From: Hyphochytrium catenoides | Lineage: Eukaryota; Protista; Hyphochytriomycota | DNA length: 64,000 nt | Assembly (NCBI GenBank): GCA_900088475.1 | Contig: FLMG01000807.1 | Coordinates: 46,605 to 110,604 of the forward strand | Direction: 5' to 3' | Part shown: piece by piece, positions 1 to 13,775 of the stretch | Position numbering within the stretch: position 1 is the stretch's first letter | Layout of the letters: each line of letters begins with the position of its first letter | Made by a program: the position numbers and the translations under genes | The notes under the pieces: model-generated | Seen by the model: the letters and a program-made list of their open reading frames with translations, nothing else | Told to the model about the DNA's origin: nothing | The model's database searches: none

Positions 1-183
1 GATTTGCTTATCTCTCCCGTCCTCATCTCCGGCGATCCTGTTTTCTCCTCCCTAACAAAGTGAACGCCTTGCTTTCTCTTGGAAGTGCCCCACTGTCTGT
101 GGCTCGTTCCGGTTCAACCGCAGTCTACATCTTTGCTCTGCCTCCGCTCCTCCATTGCTCCAAGCTAACTACATGGTGTCCAG

Positions 184-1541
184 CTTTTGAGAGACAATCT
201 CTATGAGTTTTCAAAGTACAATCGCGAGTGTGGCGACTCTTCCTACTTCAACCTTTCACGGTTAAGGAAGATCAGCCGACAGTGCCTTGTTGCACTGCGG
301 TTTATCCACTCCCTGAACATCATTCATAGCGATCTTAAGCCTGAGAATATTCTGATCAAGAGCTATAGTCGCTGTGAAGTGAAGATCATCGACTTCGGCT
401 CCAGCTGCTTCACGACGGATCACATGAGCTCGTACATACAGTCGCGATCCTACAGAGCACCAGAGGTATCTATCCGCCTTGTCAACATCACCTACTCCAA
501 CCTACTTTGAGTAGTGGACTCCCCTCCACCAAGCGCAGACTAGGCGCTCCCCCATATAACTTTGATAAAAGATATAAACCGGTGAACTGGCTCTGAATGG
601 CCGATCGTTATTACCCTCTGTCTGCCTCTGGGCGCGGGCCTTCTTCTTACACTTATTGGAGTCTGAATCCCTTTCTTCTCCGTTGTCCGTAGGTGATCTT
701 TGGGGCACCCTATAGTCAGAAGATTGATATTTGGTCTCTCGGCTGCATTATAGCGGAGCTCTATACGGGTCGCGTACTCTTCCAAAACGATTCGATTCAG
801 ACTCTTCTAGCGAGGATTGTCTCCATTATAGGTAAGCGTTCATTGACAGCAAGGGGAAAGTCATGCGGCATGTTGGGTGCTTGATAGAGGAACGGGCGTG
901 TAACGAGCGAGGAGCAGCCAGAACGAACAGTATAGACGAGGAAGGTAATGGGCCCGGAAGCCAAGAGAGCGAGCGAAATGATAGAAAGAAGGGGTAGAAA
1001 GAGCATCACCTTCATGTCACTCCAACCGGTGCCTCTGTCTCGTCTATCGCGCAGGACCTTTCCCAGAGAACTTAATGCAGAGAGGGAGAGAGGTGCCGAA
1101 GCTTTTCACAGCGAATCAAACACTTTTTGAGCCTTCGCGAGAAGGAGAGGGCTTTGTTTTGCTCTATCCGAAGAAGACGAGCCTGCGCCAACGTATCAAA
1201 TGCCAGGATGATCTCTTCTTAGACTTCCTGTCCAAGCTGCTAGAGATTGATCCAGACAGGAGGTTGGTTGACTTAAGTTCCCTCAAGCTTCCTCGTCCAC
1301 TTGCGTCCTTCTTTTCACCTGTGTTCCTACTCTCTCCATCCACGGCACATTATCTGACATGTGCAACTGCATTCATCTCCCTTGTTCCCTATCCGTCTGC
1401 CCCATTCCGTGTGTCTCGGATAGATAGTATAAAAGGATCAGCTTTTGCTGCGCTGTAATCTAACTGTCCCCATTCACGTTTAGGCCATCTGCAGAGGAAG
1501 CTCTTCGTCACCCTTGGCTAAACGTAGAAGATTATGAATGA
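184..1541 (+). CDS. DYRK-family Ser/Thr/Tyr kinase, DYRKP-like (3' part; 5' exons lie upstream of the window)
   Basis: Phase-consistent exons 184-465, 693-831, 1055-1262, 1484-1541 give [101 protein letters not shown]. The [11 protein letters not shown] activation loop is DYRK-diagnostic. Confidence 0.93.
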
Positions 1542-1872
1542 ATAAGCTAGACTAGAGAATAATATAGCGAGGAGGAGTTGATAGCTGAGACGGGCTTACA
1601 AAGGGCAAATGGCCCTTGTACACTAGGAAAGCAGATATGACGCGGCTTTCGTTGTTAACTATATTTGTCATTCATTACTGATTTGTCCAGTTAGGACTTT
1701 GAAAGAAATACAACGGCAGCTATCTGCCATCAACGCGCGGCACGATGACGCGACAGTGAGAAAGACAGACTGAAAAAAAGGAAATGCCTGGAGCGGAAAG
1801 TAAGGGTGGATTAGAGGTAGAGGAGGGCACTATATCAGCAGATTCAGTGACTTGCTGGGCAGAGGAAGAGCC

Positions 1873-4077
1873 CTATCGGGCCAGTGCTCTTTCCTTGCGA
1901 AGGGAGAACATGAATCTATAAATCAGCTGAGAGATCTTCTCTTGCGTCATCAACATTAAGGCGCTCTTCAGCACAGTATTCAAAAGTTGGGCCCCACAAC
2001 CCCGATACAGGCCCTCAGGACCCTCGGTTCCGAGTATACGCGCTAGCATCGCAGCCAGGCCTGGAGAAGAAGCTGTTGGGGACTGCTCTCTCTTCCTCTC
2101 TGCTTGCATTAGCACCTAGGAGTCATAAAGACACCATAATGAGATGAATGAAGAGAGACGACTGTAGAGATCGTCTAGGTATCACTTGTCAAGCCCACTT
2201 GCGTTTGCTCTATAGAAGACGGCATTCTAGTTATCCCTCGAAGTCTCCTCTAGCTAAGTCTAATTCTCGCCTTGGATTGTTGGAGGGTCCAACGTTGCGC
2301 ACCCAGTCTACCAGTGTTAGTCATCTATTAGGGTCTGGAGCTTACCTTCGCCCGAATTAGGGGATAAGTGATGACGGTCGCGATGGCCTTAGCAAGGGCA
2401 GCAAGAACAAAGGCTTCAAAGGCCGTCAAATTCTTCGCCCTGACCCTGGCGCCGTAACGCTGAGCTCTAAATCTAAGCAGTACAAGCTTGAGCTGGTCAA
2501 AGAGCGTGTAGTTGATGGCTGGATTCGAGACGAGGACCATTGAGGGAAGAAACCCCTTCCAGAAGGCACAAAGTCCGTTTTCTTTGCGTAGTTCGTTGAT
2601 AGCGCCAGGAACCGTGAGCGTCTAGAATGGGCATAGAGAGAGGTGGGAGACGGAAGCGCCTTTTGAGCTCAATGCCAACGTGGTGTTTCTCTTGCCCTTG
2701 CTCACCATCGTCCCTCTCCTAATATACGAATTATTCACTACGTTACTCCCTCTTCGCCGCTTACACCCTAAAACTGAACTGCCATATCTGTTATCCTCAG
2801 ATCGCTTGTTCCTAGAGATTGTCTCTTTCCGTCCTTGCAGTGGCAGCACTGTCTGTCCTCTTTCTGAGGGTAATCTGTACAGTGCATCTATGGATTTGTG
2901 TCCGCAGCAAGCGATGTTAAGCTGTCTACCTCAACCGCTGCAAGAGCCTACACCGTTTCCTTCGCCAATAGTCTTACCTTATCGACCTGAACTCTTGTCG
3001 TCACCACCTCAAGCGGCAGTGTTAAGGACATGTTCATCGCTCCAGCCAGAGAGGCAACAAGTAGATTAGCCCCTGAGCTCATCTTCGCTCCGGTCTTCGC
3101 ATAGAGAGACTTCAGCATAGAGTAGCAGTAAAAGTAGGTGAAGGCAGAGGCCACCGTGGACAGGCACTTTGGGCCAATGCCCACAAATAATCCGCTAGGG
3201 CCGTCCTTTCTTACAATATCAAGGATGATTTGGGTAAGGCCCGGTGCAACACCTTCTGCCTCCTTCTTTTGCTGTTGACGGAAGGACACAAGAATCGTTA
3301 AAGAAGCTTTGCTTGAGAAGTCTACTCCCCAAGTTTGCAGGTAGAACGTCAACGGAAAATGCTAGAGAATGGAATGCGGATCAAGAGTATGAAGACAGCC
3401 AAACGTCCCATTGCGGTGATGACAGAGAATCGAGTTCGGAGAAGAAAGCTGGTACCAGAACTGAGACTAACAAGAGACAGCAGGCGACATACAAGAAATC
3501 CAAACAAAAAAGAGGAAAGCACAACTAACTTCTGAGCAGCCCATAGGAACGGTGATGAAGTAGTCTAGGTAGAGAACGCTCTGGTAAGGAGTAAGCCAGT
3601 GATCCTTACGTCCTCAAACGTGACCTTGAGAGAAGAGACATTCTTTTTGTCTCCTCCGTCAGAGGCCCTTCTCGCCCGCCTATCATGGGCCGTATCCTTC
3701 TGTTTCTTGGCATCCTTTTCCTCCTTTGTATTGTTTTCGAGAAGAACCATAGGGGAAGCTCCTCTCTTGGACTGAATTTGCTTCAAGACCTTCGCATAGT
3801 CCAAAGGATACAGCGCAACGCAGGAGAACAATGCCCCGGCAGCTCCGGCCTGCCAGATAATCCCAAGAACATATGAGAAGCAGTAAAAAGAGCTGGTGCT
3901 ACGAAGAGTTAGGTGAAAGGTAATTCATCATCAAGGCTAGGATTCAAGAAAGTGTTTCGTGCTGAAGAGGTACTTCAATCGAACAAGCAGACACGGCAAG
4001 GCCTTGTCTCGTCGACCTTATCGCAGGGCGCTTACCGAGGCATCGACGAAGGCCTTGAACCCTGAGTCTTGCGGCAT
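1873..4077 (-). CDS. Mitochondrial carrier family (SLC25) protein, peroxisomal adenine-nucleotide/CoA carrier-like (PNC/PMP34/ANT1 type)
   Basis: First exon 4077-4036 (MPQDSGFKAFVDAS) is spliced to AGAAGALFSCVALYPLDYAK. Three carrier repeats carry Px[DE]xxK/R-type motifs (YPLDYAK, LPLEVVTTR, YPLIRAK). Also LVSNPAINYTLFDQLK and EGPEGLYRG..QLLNTVLKSALMLM. Confidence 0.88.
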
Positions 4078-5385
4078 ACTAGTCTACGCTCAAGGCACTC
4101 TTCGCTTTGTCTGCGCTCCGTCTGCCCTGTATTCCCTGTGTTCCTTCAGTTTAAGAGCCGGTCACGATGCTCATGGAAGGAGGTAAAGTTCTATCGGGCC
4201 AGACAGGATAGACAGAAGAAGCGTCCGACGATTTCTAAGAGAATCAAAAAGCTCCTCTTATGACAATCTGCAGATTATCTTTTGAGCTCTCCAGTCAGCA
4301 CATCCAATAATCTGTCTTTTGTCTCTGTTCCTCTGGCTGTTCAAGAACGGCGCTCTTGAAGCTTGAAGCAAGCAATCAGAGGAACCAGGAGACAGAGGAA
4401 GGAGAGCGTCAAGACAGAAATAGAGAGAAAGGGAGAAGAGAAAGAGTGATATAAGTGAAAGGAAAGACAGAGGAGAGTGAAAGAGCGAAATAACCCCATA
4501 GAGGCTATATTAAAGAGAGACAGAGTGAGACGGATATGGTTATTGACGAGACAGAGAGGAAGAGAGAGAGAGAGATTGACAGAGAGATATCAGCTCTGCG
4601 GGGGTTGAGGTCTATTTTCCTCCCACGTCCGACTCCTCCTTGGGCACCAACAGTGGTGAGACTCAGAAAATAAAATCTATTCACGATATAAAAGGTTTTA
4701 GTAGAAAATTATGAACACTCCCTTATCCATACATACAGTACTTACCAATTTATATTTTATCAGTTTTTTTCCAGCAAAACCTGATTGGCCTAAACCTTCT
4801 TGGCTACCATATTATTAGAGAGAATGACAGGGGCTTTTGAGATTTCTTTCACATTTATTCCACAAAAACCTCATTTACCGCTTATGTGCGTTCCGTCCAA
4901 ACACGCCCGGTAGTTCCTAGTGTGTCTATAACTTCTATAACGGACAAATCAGCATTCTTGTGATGCCGTCACGCAAGCAAAGTGGTGATGCACTGATGGG
5001 ACCAGCAAATAAGAGAGAGAGAGTATTGATGGCAGACGCGGCTCTACGTAGATGACAACACGGAGCTCATTAGCTAAACACTCGAGTGATAAGGTGGTCA
5101 GCCTCTACGGTTGCTTATGGGACCCTTTGGGGGTGATGGTCTGTCTTGGTTTGCTGAGCGCCACATGTCACTTGCCTTCCCTACGTCGTCTCATCAAAGT
5201 TAGAAGCATGATCTGGCGCGACAATCTCTGTTATGGACCGGAGCTTGGAGGTCATGAAGCACACTACTTTATTAAACTTCTGGAAGAGATCAAGAACTAA
5301 ATGGTGAAGTAAGGTGCTCTTCGAATGATGTGTGCCGGGTCACTGGCAAAGAGCTCAAACGCACCAAATCCCGCTAGACGATTGA

Positions 5386-6720
5386 CTACTTCCGAGACTG
5401 TGGACAGAGAAGAGAGATCCATGCGTAAGCGTTCTACAGGATTCATGCTTTCGAGTTAAGGTAGTACCACACTTACCTTCTTGGGTGAAGTAGGTCGCTC
5501 ATCCTGATGGTCATTCTCTCTTTTCTTCATACTTCTATGCGCTGGTGTACCCGAAAACGGTAGCCCCAACAGCTGATTGTGGGTCTCTCTCAGTCCTCTG
5601 AAATACTTCACCGTTTTGACCTTGAGCTCCATTGTGGCGTCCTCATCGCAGACGATGGCAGCCCGCCGATGAAGTTGAAGGACAGACACCGTCCACATGT
5701 GGTTTACTCCTTCCTCAATGACCTTATAAAGCGCGTTTGCTTTGTGAATGCCGGTAATTATGATGATTACCTCACGCGCATCCATGACGGTGCCTAGTTA
5801 GAAAAGATAGACGCAGAGCGTTAGCTGCCATGATTCGCATGTTATAAGGTGCCATTTTGGGCAAAGAAGTGCACAGTTCTCCTAAGTATGTAGAGGACGG
5901 AGCGAAGTCTAATGACTGCGGAGAAAGAAGCAGTGGCGATTCATTTGAAGACACAAGGCGCTGAACATCACGGATCATAGCCGAGGCACTTACCTACTCC
6001 CACTGTGAGAGCCATTTTAGGTACTTTGGAAATATCGTTGCCAAAGAACCGGGAGTTAGCTACGATTGTATCGTACGCCAAAGTCTTAACCCTGGTCCGT
6101 GACCGCAGCGAGGAACCTGGCTCATTGAATGCAATGTGGCCATCAGGTCCAATCCCTCCCAAGAAGAGCTCAATGCCTCCAGCATCCCTAATCTTCTTCT
6201 CATAGCTGTGACATTCTGCTTCCAGGTCCTTCGCGTTACCATCTAAAATGTTGACGTTCTCTCTCTTAATATCGATGTGCTTGAAGAAATTGTTCCACAT
6301 GAAAGAGTGATAGCTTTCAGGATGGTCTTGAGGAAGATTGACATACTCATCCATGTTGAAGGTAACCACGTGTTCAAAGCTTAACTCCCCGTTCTTGTAG
6401 AACTCGATAAGCTTAGCATAGGTAGGTAAAGGTGAGCTGCCTACATTCCAAAGGAGAATAATATGTGTTTAACCTACAAGTGTACATCACCCAGCCAAGC
6501 AATTTGCAATAGTTTGGGGCTTCGGCGCACCTGTAGGTAGCCCAAGCACAAATGGGTTGTCATGACTTGGTTTATAGTCCAGAATACGCTGTTTGATGTA
6601 TTTAGCAGTCCAGTCAGCGACCTCTTCAGCATTCTTCTGGATAATCTAGGATAATACCGAGCAGAGAGGTTCATTTCTGTTTTAACTGGGCAGTGTATGC
6701 ACAGTTCTTACCAGCCTCAT
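5386..6720 (-). CDS. GNPDA: Glucosamine-6-phosphate deaminase (eukaryotic GNPDA/NagB)
   Basis: Spliced MRL|[102 protein letters not shown]. The 3' end is either a micro-exon 5397-5386 (SRK*) or a read-through stop at 5456. Confidence 0.95.
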
Positions 6721-9700
6721 CTTCGACGGTTACTTCCACTAAGGATGTGAGCTCGCGCACGGAACAGAAACACAAGCACTTCTGAAGAAAACGAAAGAGC
6801 CCTTAGTTGTCATGAGTACTGGTGGTGCTTAGGCAGGAAAAGCTGCGCTAGCTCTTCTCTTACATTACAGGCACAGCAACTAGTAGTTAGGCCTTGTAGA
6901 ACCTGCTCTTCTCTAGAGCTTCGTTCAGTTAGCGGAAAAGGTCTCAGTCCTTATCCAGTCATTGATCCAGATGTACAAGCACGAGTTCTACTACTTCGTT
7001 CCCTTAATGAAGGCCTTATTACGTCTTTCCGGATCTGCGGCAACGTGATGGTGACGAGCTCAAGCTTCGCTTACGATACTAGAAAAGGAAGAAGATTCGC
7101 CTCCTAATCTTTCCGATGCCGATGGAAACAAACAGTGCGAAGGTTTCAGAATATTTATTTCTGTATCCAATGGTAGCCATTATTTCATAGCAAGAACGTT
7201 TCAACAGTCAGGCAAGCCTCTTGTGCCTTTTCATCTCCTCTGTTCAGTCATCAGAATACGCTTTCAGGAAAAATCAGCTAAAAACTGCAGAAGCCAGGAT
7301 AGCCGCTAACCGTATGGTAGCCGGTAATGGTACTATGGTGTATTGGTGTATTGTGTACCGTCCTAGCAGGGCCATAAGAAAAGAAGACGACAATGGTTGT
7401 GAGCTATCACGTCTCATGATTGATGATAAATAGCTATCACACTCCTAGGGAGAACTGAGAGCTGTCTCAATGGATTGGAGCTATCACATCTTCCTGAAGA
7501 ACTAGCGACAGATAACTCTAATACCTGCTTCTTACACATTATAATCATCCAAAAGACCATCAAGGAAAAGCATATAACGTGGGCTTTTGCAATTAGTAGT
7601 AAATGTCTGGAACTTCCAGACCTCTTCTCCACTATTCAAGTCATCAGCAGGAGATAACGGTGACTTGTCCTTTGTAACCTCTTGTTAACAGTATGTTAGA
7701 GATCAACAGATTTAATGACTGACCTCACCCCTACTATCGTCTAATAATGGGCGGATGGCCTGCTTGTGATGACGATATAACATCTATTGAACATCTCTTC
7801 GTATTTTCTGCTGCGTGCACTGCCCTTCTTTACTCTTCCAAGGAATCCTTCATCCTTCATCATGGGCCACTTTGAGGAAGAAGGCAGTCTTGTCGAAGTA
7901 AGGGTGAGTTCCGGAGATCATCAAGAGCTGTGATGTAGCGTCCATCGCGTATTATTATTTACTCGGTCGCTATGATAGGTTCCAGCAAGAAGTATTGCTG
8001 CTGCGGCCAACAACCTTACAAAAAAAACTGTTCTTCTTGCTGTCTCCTGTGTCACTTGCCTGATGAGTGAGGCTGATGGTAGAACTCCGGGTCCACCGTA
8101 GCAATCCCAGCTGTACAGGAGAAGTGCATCTTGAAATATAGAAATGACAACAACTATGCTGTAAGTAGAAGAGACGGTGCCGATTTGAAGATGGTAGTGA
8201 TGCTGGCATCGGAAGTGGCCATAACACTTCTTTTACGCCAAGATTAGATATCTTCTCTACTACACTAGTGAACTGTTCCCGCTGTGGCCGGTTGATTGCT
8301 ATCACTATCGCTGCCACATCATCGTCATTGCAGCCAGTCGATACGACGTGTAGCAGCTGCTAGCGCCGCACTGAGCTAGTTGGGCGCGCCAAGTTGCGAA
8401 GGACAGCCATGAAGCTTCGGCGATTGGTTTCTCCTCAAAGATAATAATAGGGAAAATTTAATGCTGCGGAGGAGGAAGCAAGTAAAGATCAGGAGGCGAC
8501 ATTGATCAAGGACCAGGTGTGAAGAGGCGAGCTTGATGCCTCCTTTTTTATAGTAACATCGTCTCTTGGTTCCTTAGGTCGGGTCGTCACAAGAAAGCAT
8601 TGCCTTGATCATTCCAAATTTTCCAGCCAACATTGGATGACTTCCATGTTTCTACTGTCTCTTTTGAACACTTATGCGCATCACCATCATCCTTATGACA
8701 TCATTATGGAAGCGTGGTGACTCAGCTTAGTGAGACAGAACTTGCCTGAGGCAGGCGGCACATCCTCCTTGTGAAAACCGAAAGAAATACTTTGGATGGC
8801 CAACTCTGCTCCTGACAGACAAGTGGAGCGCCAATGTGCGACGGCGCTGATCGGTGATATATTTTTTTCTTTATAATAGTGCTAAAATTATGCCATCGAG
8901 GACAAGATACGAGTTTTCTTGTGCTGTCACAATCATAGTCTGGATCCAAGCTGTCGTAGGCTCCTAATCAAGCTAAAGCAAGGTAAACCGGCGCAGTCTA
9001 CTGTTGTTGGCTCATCGCCACAGTGAGGAGTGCCCACCCAAAATGATCCATTCCCACCTCCAGCCAAATATTCTTTCTTAGCTGCCCGCTCAGTAAGCTT
9101 GGACTGCCTTGAGGATCTTGGTCTATCCTGTACGAAGGGTCAATAGACACTGTATGTTAGTCACAACCTACGTAGGAAGATATCTTTTTGTTTGAAGTTG
9201 GTATGCTACTCCTTCTGTCGAAGGCCACAAGCTTAGGGGAGAGAGTAACTAGAAAAGGATATGGCACTGTATGGGGCAGCCCAAGATTGGTCATTCAAGG
9301 ATGGGGAAGACGATGAAGGCTGTCAAGGTAGGAAGACGACCTGTACTCATGACGCATGTGGGAGATCCTTCTCTCTTCATTGCCTCTCCATGCTATCTCT
9401 CCCCGTTGGTGTGGAGAAGAAGATGCAGGTCGACCCACACCACATCCATCTCTGATACTGCTTAGGAATCACTAAAGAAGGTTGTTCTCTTATGCTTAAT
9501 GCTTGACACGCGATGACAGGGATATGGAGCATCTGAGGATGATGAGGCTGAAAGACAGGCGGAAGATGCGCTTTGGATTATAGGACATGTCTTGACATTG
9601 CTGCTACCCTTTGAGGACCGGACGATAGGACAGCAGTCAATGATTGAGGGACGGACGGCTGTGTACCCTTCAATGTGGTCGGTGAGGGTAGGAAGGGTAG

Positions 9701-12429
9701 AGTAGGAAAGCTTTAACAGCTCGATGGGTGCCTATCAGAACCTCAATATAAATGGTAAACTAGGAGCAATCGTGTGTGGACACTGCTCCACACCTTACTA
9801 CTACGAAGAAAAAAATGAGAAGCACCATGCTATCGTGTTCTTTCTATGTACCAGAGACATTTGGTGTCTCTCTCTCTCGCTCTTCCCATCCTAAGTCTAA
9901 CGCTTTGACCTCTCCTCTTTTGTTGCCTCTTTGTCATCAATTGTTCCATAAGGAAGCTGTGTGTTCCTCTCCCTGCTGCCTGTCATTGCTCTTCAAAATT
10001 GTAAGAGGAAAGCGCCATCATGTGATGATTGAGAAGATACGCTTGGCTTCTTACGCCTTTGTTTAACTAGGCAGCTCCCCTTTTCCCTTCGAACGACGAT
10101 AAGCATTGAGTGTCTCTCCCTGACCACCAGTAACATCATGTACCGACGCACTTCTTGTGCTTCGCATTGTGATGAGCACGGCACTTCCTTCCAAGGTTCA
10201 CTCTCCATTCCTGGCTCGTGTGTTAATGAACAACCTTAGCCCTTCAGCACTATCGTACAAGTGCTGCCTTTGGATTCGTTTCTCTGTTTCTTCCCCTCGC
10301 CAGAGTTAATGCAGCACGGACATCATAGCAGCATAGTAGTCAGAGGAATATTAGTAGAGAGAGACGACAAGCTTCTCTCATCATAGAGCTAAAGCTTGCC
10401 CGCTTGGCTCTCCCTACCTCTTAGGACCGAAGACCAACACATCGCCACTGCTCAGTCCATTGACTACTTACCATCCAGGAACATCCTCTTGGTCAGAAGG
10501 ATCACCAAGACACGCCGCAGTTTGAGCGTAGAAGAGAAGCTTGGAGCAGATTAGTCTAGGAAAAATGTTGAGAGACCGTCAGCTGCAGAGTTAAATTTGA
10601 GGAGAAGAGTCTTTCTCATCATGCTACTCTGTCTGCCGCTTCTCTCTCCTCTGTCTCGGACGTTACAAGCCAATATTCCTTTTTTGTAATATCTCTCTAC
10701 ACTTGCCTTTGCTCTTTATCTCTCTCAGTGTTCTGACTCGCTCTTTCCTCACCTAATGAAGCAGCGCATAATAGGTCAAATGCAAGGGGATGCTCGTACT
10801 ACAGTAGGAGCAGGCTGTGAAAGGATGTGGCTAACTTCCTCAAAGAACATCGGTACATCATAATAATAGGCAGCGCCGGAAGAGCGACTACAACATCAAC
10901 ATCGTTATAGTCTGGGTTAAAATCAGGTCAATGCCTAGAGTGGTAATACCAATGCAGCTGTTGATCACGAGATGTCCAAGTTAGGCTTTTTACCAAGCAG
11001 GTTTGGCTCCAACGGCCGTCTGGTTCTTCTCGAGCCTAAGAGTCAGAAGGATCTTGGACAAAGGAGCAAGAGAGAGGCGGACTAAGAGAGGGTGGGAGAC
11101 AGGCAGCAGCACCTCTCGTGAGTAGGAAATAGTCGGTGCGACGTTCTTCCATGTTAGAGATGATAAGGGTTACGCCATTGCCTCTGCTTCATGGACAGCC
11201 GGCCAAGAGATTCCTAATGTTAAGTCAGGGAAAACCACAGATGCAGGGAAAGTCCCACTCGTACCTTAGTGAACAGTGCACTATGTAATGGCAAATTCCA
11301 ACCCCCTCTTCCCCGTTGAAAGGCTATTGTTGTCAGCGAATCATGGCGATGGTACGGCGACATACACTAGGAGGTCACGACTGTCTATCGAACCCTCGAA
11401 GCTTGCATTCTATGAGGAGCACTTTGAACTCCCTCTTTGGGACCAGGAAGGGTTGACGTCGGACTACGAGTAATGCTAACTCTGTAGGTTCTAGGAAGGA
11501 TTTGACTGTCCCACTCTATCTTTGGGGTTTATTATGCCACTGTCAGAACAAAACCCAAGTCCACATCAGGGACCCGATACCTTCTGTCTTCTAATGGATA
11601 AGATTAGGCTACTTCTCGTACTTTATAAGACGTGGAGAACACCCTAACTGCACTATTCTGAGAACCTTCCTCAGTTCTAAATCCTCGTGCATATTGTCCT
11701 TTGCCATCACCGTCTAAACCTTCGCCGCCTAGAACACTAAACGTGACTATAGCATTTCTCAACCTGCGCTCTAGGCCGCGCTGTTGTTCTACCTTCCCGC
11801 CCACAGGGCAGCCATTCATGTCCCACATCATGGCGGTAGGAAGAAGAAAAGCTAGAAGATCAGGGCGGGAACGACTGCAAGGAGGCTTCTCAGCCATTTT
11901 CATGATGGAGGCGAAGTAGTAATACCTTCCCTTTCCTTGTCTCGGGTACATATGCATGGACAGTAAGCAGTCGGGGAGTAATAGTTAGGGTGCTAAAGCC
12001 TTTGATAATAAGCAGGAAGTGCTAGTAATAGGGCACAACCTGAGATTGTGGAATACAAATGCAGGGACGATTTTGCAGTAACTCGGCCCTACTGAAACCT
12101 TTCCTTGGTGAAAGATATTAGAGGGAAGACTTCATTCCATCACAACAGAATGTAAGCAACATTATTAAGGCTGACTTGTATGGCAATGTTTCAGAAAGGT
12201 TCTTGTGGTCACCGCGAACATTGAATTTTTGGGCACCGCTTCAACACTTCTTTTGTAATGTTCGTATCATAGTCCTCCCCCTTCCAGCCCCTCTCACACC
12301 TCTCTCTCTTCTGTGTTAAGGCCTTTTGTAAAATGAAAAGGAAGAGAGGAAGAACAGCGAGAAATCCCCTTTCTTTTCTCTAAATTTTTTCTTGTTTCTG
12401 AGGGGCCGACTCCTCTGCTTCTTTCTTCG

Positions 12430-13240
12430 ACCTAAGAGAGAGAGAGACTCTCTCTTTCTCTCTCTCTCTCTCTGTCTACTTTCCTGTCTCTTTAGATTTT
12501 TTCATGATCTTCCTCTTTCTTGACTCTTTGGCTGCTCTCTCTCTCTCTTTCTTCCTCCAAACTCCTAGGTCAAAAAAAGGCTGAGGAGCCAGGAGGAAGC
12601 GGTTAAGGGAAATGTAGAAGAGAGAAAGAGAGGGCCTATCTCTCTTCTTGAAGATGGAAAAAGGTCTATCTCCATCTCTTGCTCTTCCTCGCAGGAATAA
12701 CGGTTTAATGATAGGCTCTCTTTATATCTCTTGATGGCCGAGAAGGCATTGACGGGAGACCTAAGTTAACCTTACTGCTTCAGGTTGCCCTCGAATCCTA
12801 TTCTCTTGCTCTCTGTCTCACAACATTCTGAGTGACGCCTGAAGAACTTTACGGGGTGGTGGTTCTACTCTCTCTGTCTCTCTTTCTCTCTGTTTCTCTC
12901 TCTCGCCTCTCTATCTGCTGACCATCTTGCCGTGCGCCTCCTAGTCAAGAGGACTGATGTGTCGAGGCTTGGAGACTAGCCTCTCTCTCTCTCTCCTATT
13001 TTCCTCCACTATCTCTTGTTTCTTTCTTTACCTTTTGTCTTGGTGAGGAAAGGGGAAGATGGCCTTGGTCTTTCTCTGCTTCCCACACGAACGCTCAAAC
13101 TTGCACCTCACCCTGCGAAGGAGGCACACTTAGGAGGATGAGACAGCGACAGGGGGAGAGAGAGAGAAAGAGAAAGAGAGAGCGAAAGGGAGAGAGGGAG
13201 AGAGAGAGAGAGAGAGAGAGAGAAAAGAGAGAGAGAGCGA
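12430..13240. repeat. Cluster of (CT)n/(GA)n microsatellites upstream of the Myb gene
   Basis: Visible runs at about 12435-12550, 12865-13000 and 13150-13240. Confidence 0.85.
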
Positions 13241-13775
13241 TATAAGACTCAAACACCACCTCCCCCCGAGCTCCTCCCAACATTTTAATTGAGCTCGAGC
13301 AGAACCAGGCGACAGTCTGTTAGTCACGTTAGCTCCTACTTCAAAGGCCACTGTGGTTACTTTGTGCATTCTAGTCCTTCTCACTCTTCCACCTCTTCCC
13401 TTTGCTCGCCTGATGAGCTGAGGATAAGTGGAAGAAGAGTGAGAGCAACAACAGAGAAGAGAAAGAGGAGGAAGGGCTGGAAGGGGAGAGCGGGGGAGGA
13501 GAGAGAGAAACCAAAAGCCTTCAAGAATCAATTCTGCCTCTTCCTTTGCACATACACTTTTCAAGATAGCAAAGAAGAAGCCTCAGCCAACGTTGAAGCC
13601 TTCTCAATCTGGAGCTGGACACTCTTGATGTCTCCCCTCCTGATCATTTTCTAACTTTCGCATCAAGCGTTACACTGGAGTGCAGGAGACTGCCATCCTT
13701 CGTCTGCCATCCTATCTACCTGCATCCGCCAAGCTACCTCCACTTTTACATTCATCCCACGATTTTTCAAGAACT

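Noticed and set aside
4650-4925. AT-rich patch ending in CTAGT, suggestive of a Helitron 3' end or MITE
   Set aside because: No convincing subterminal hairpin or terminal inverted repeats; single copy in the window.
9519-9685. LWIIGHVLTLLLPFEDRT resembling the hAT transposase W..L..LL.PF...T motif
   Set aside because: Spacing is off by one, and no other transposase motifs, TIRs or TSDs were found.
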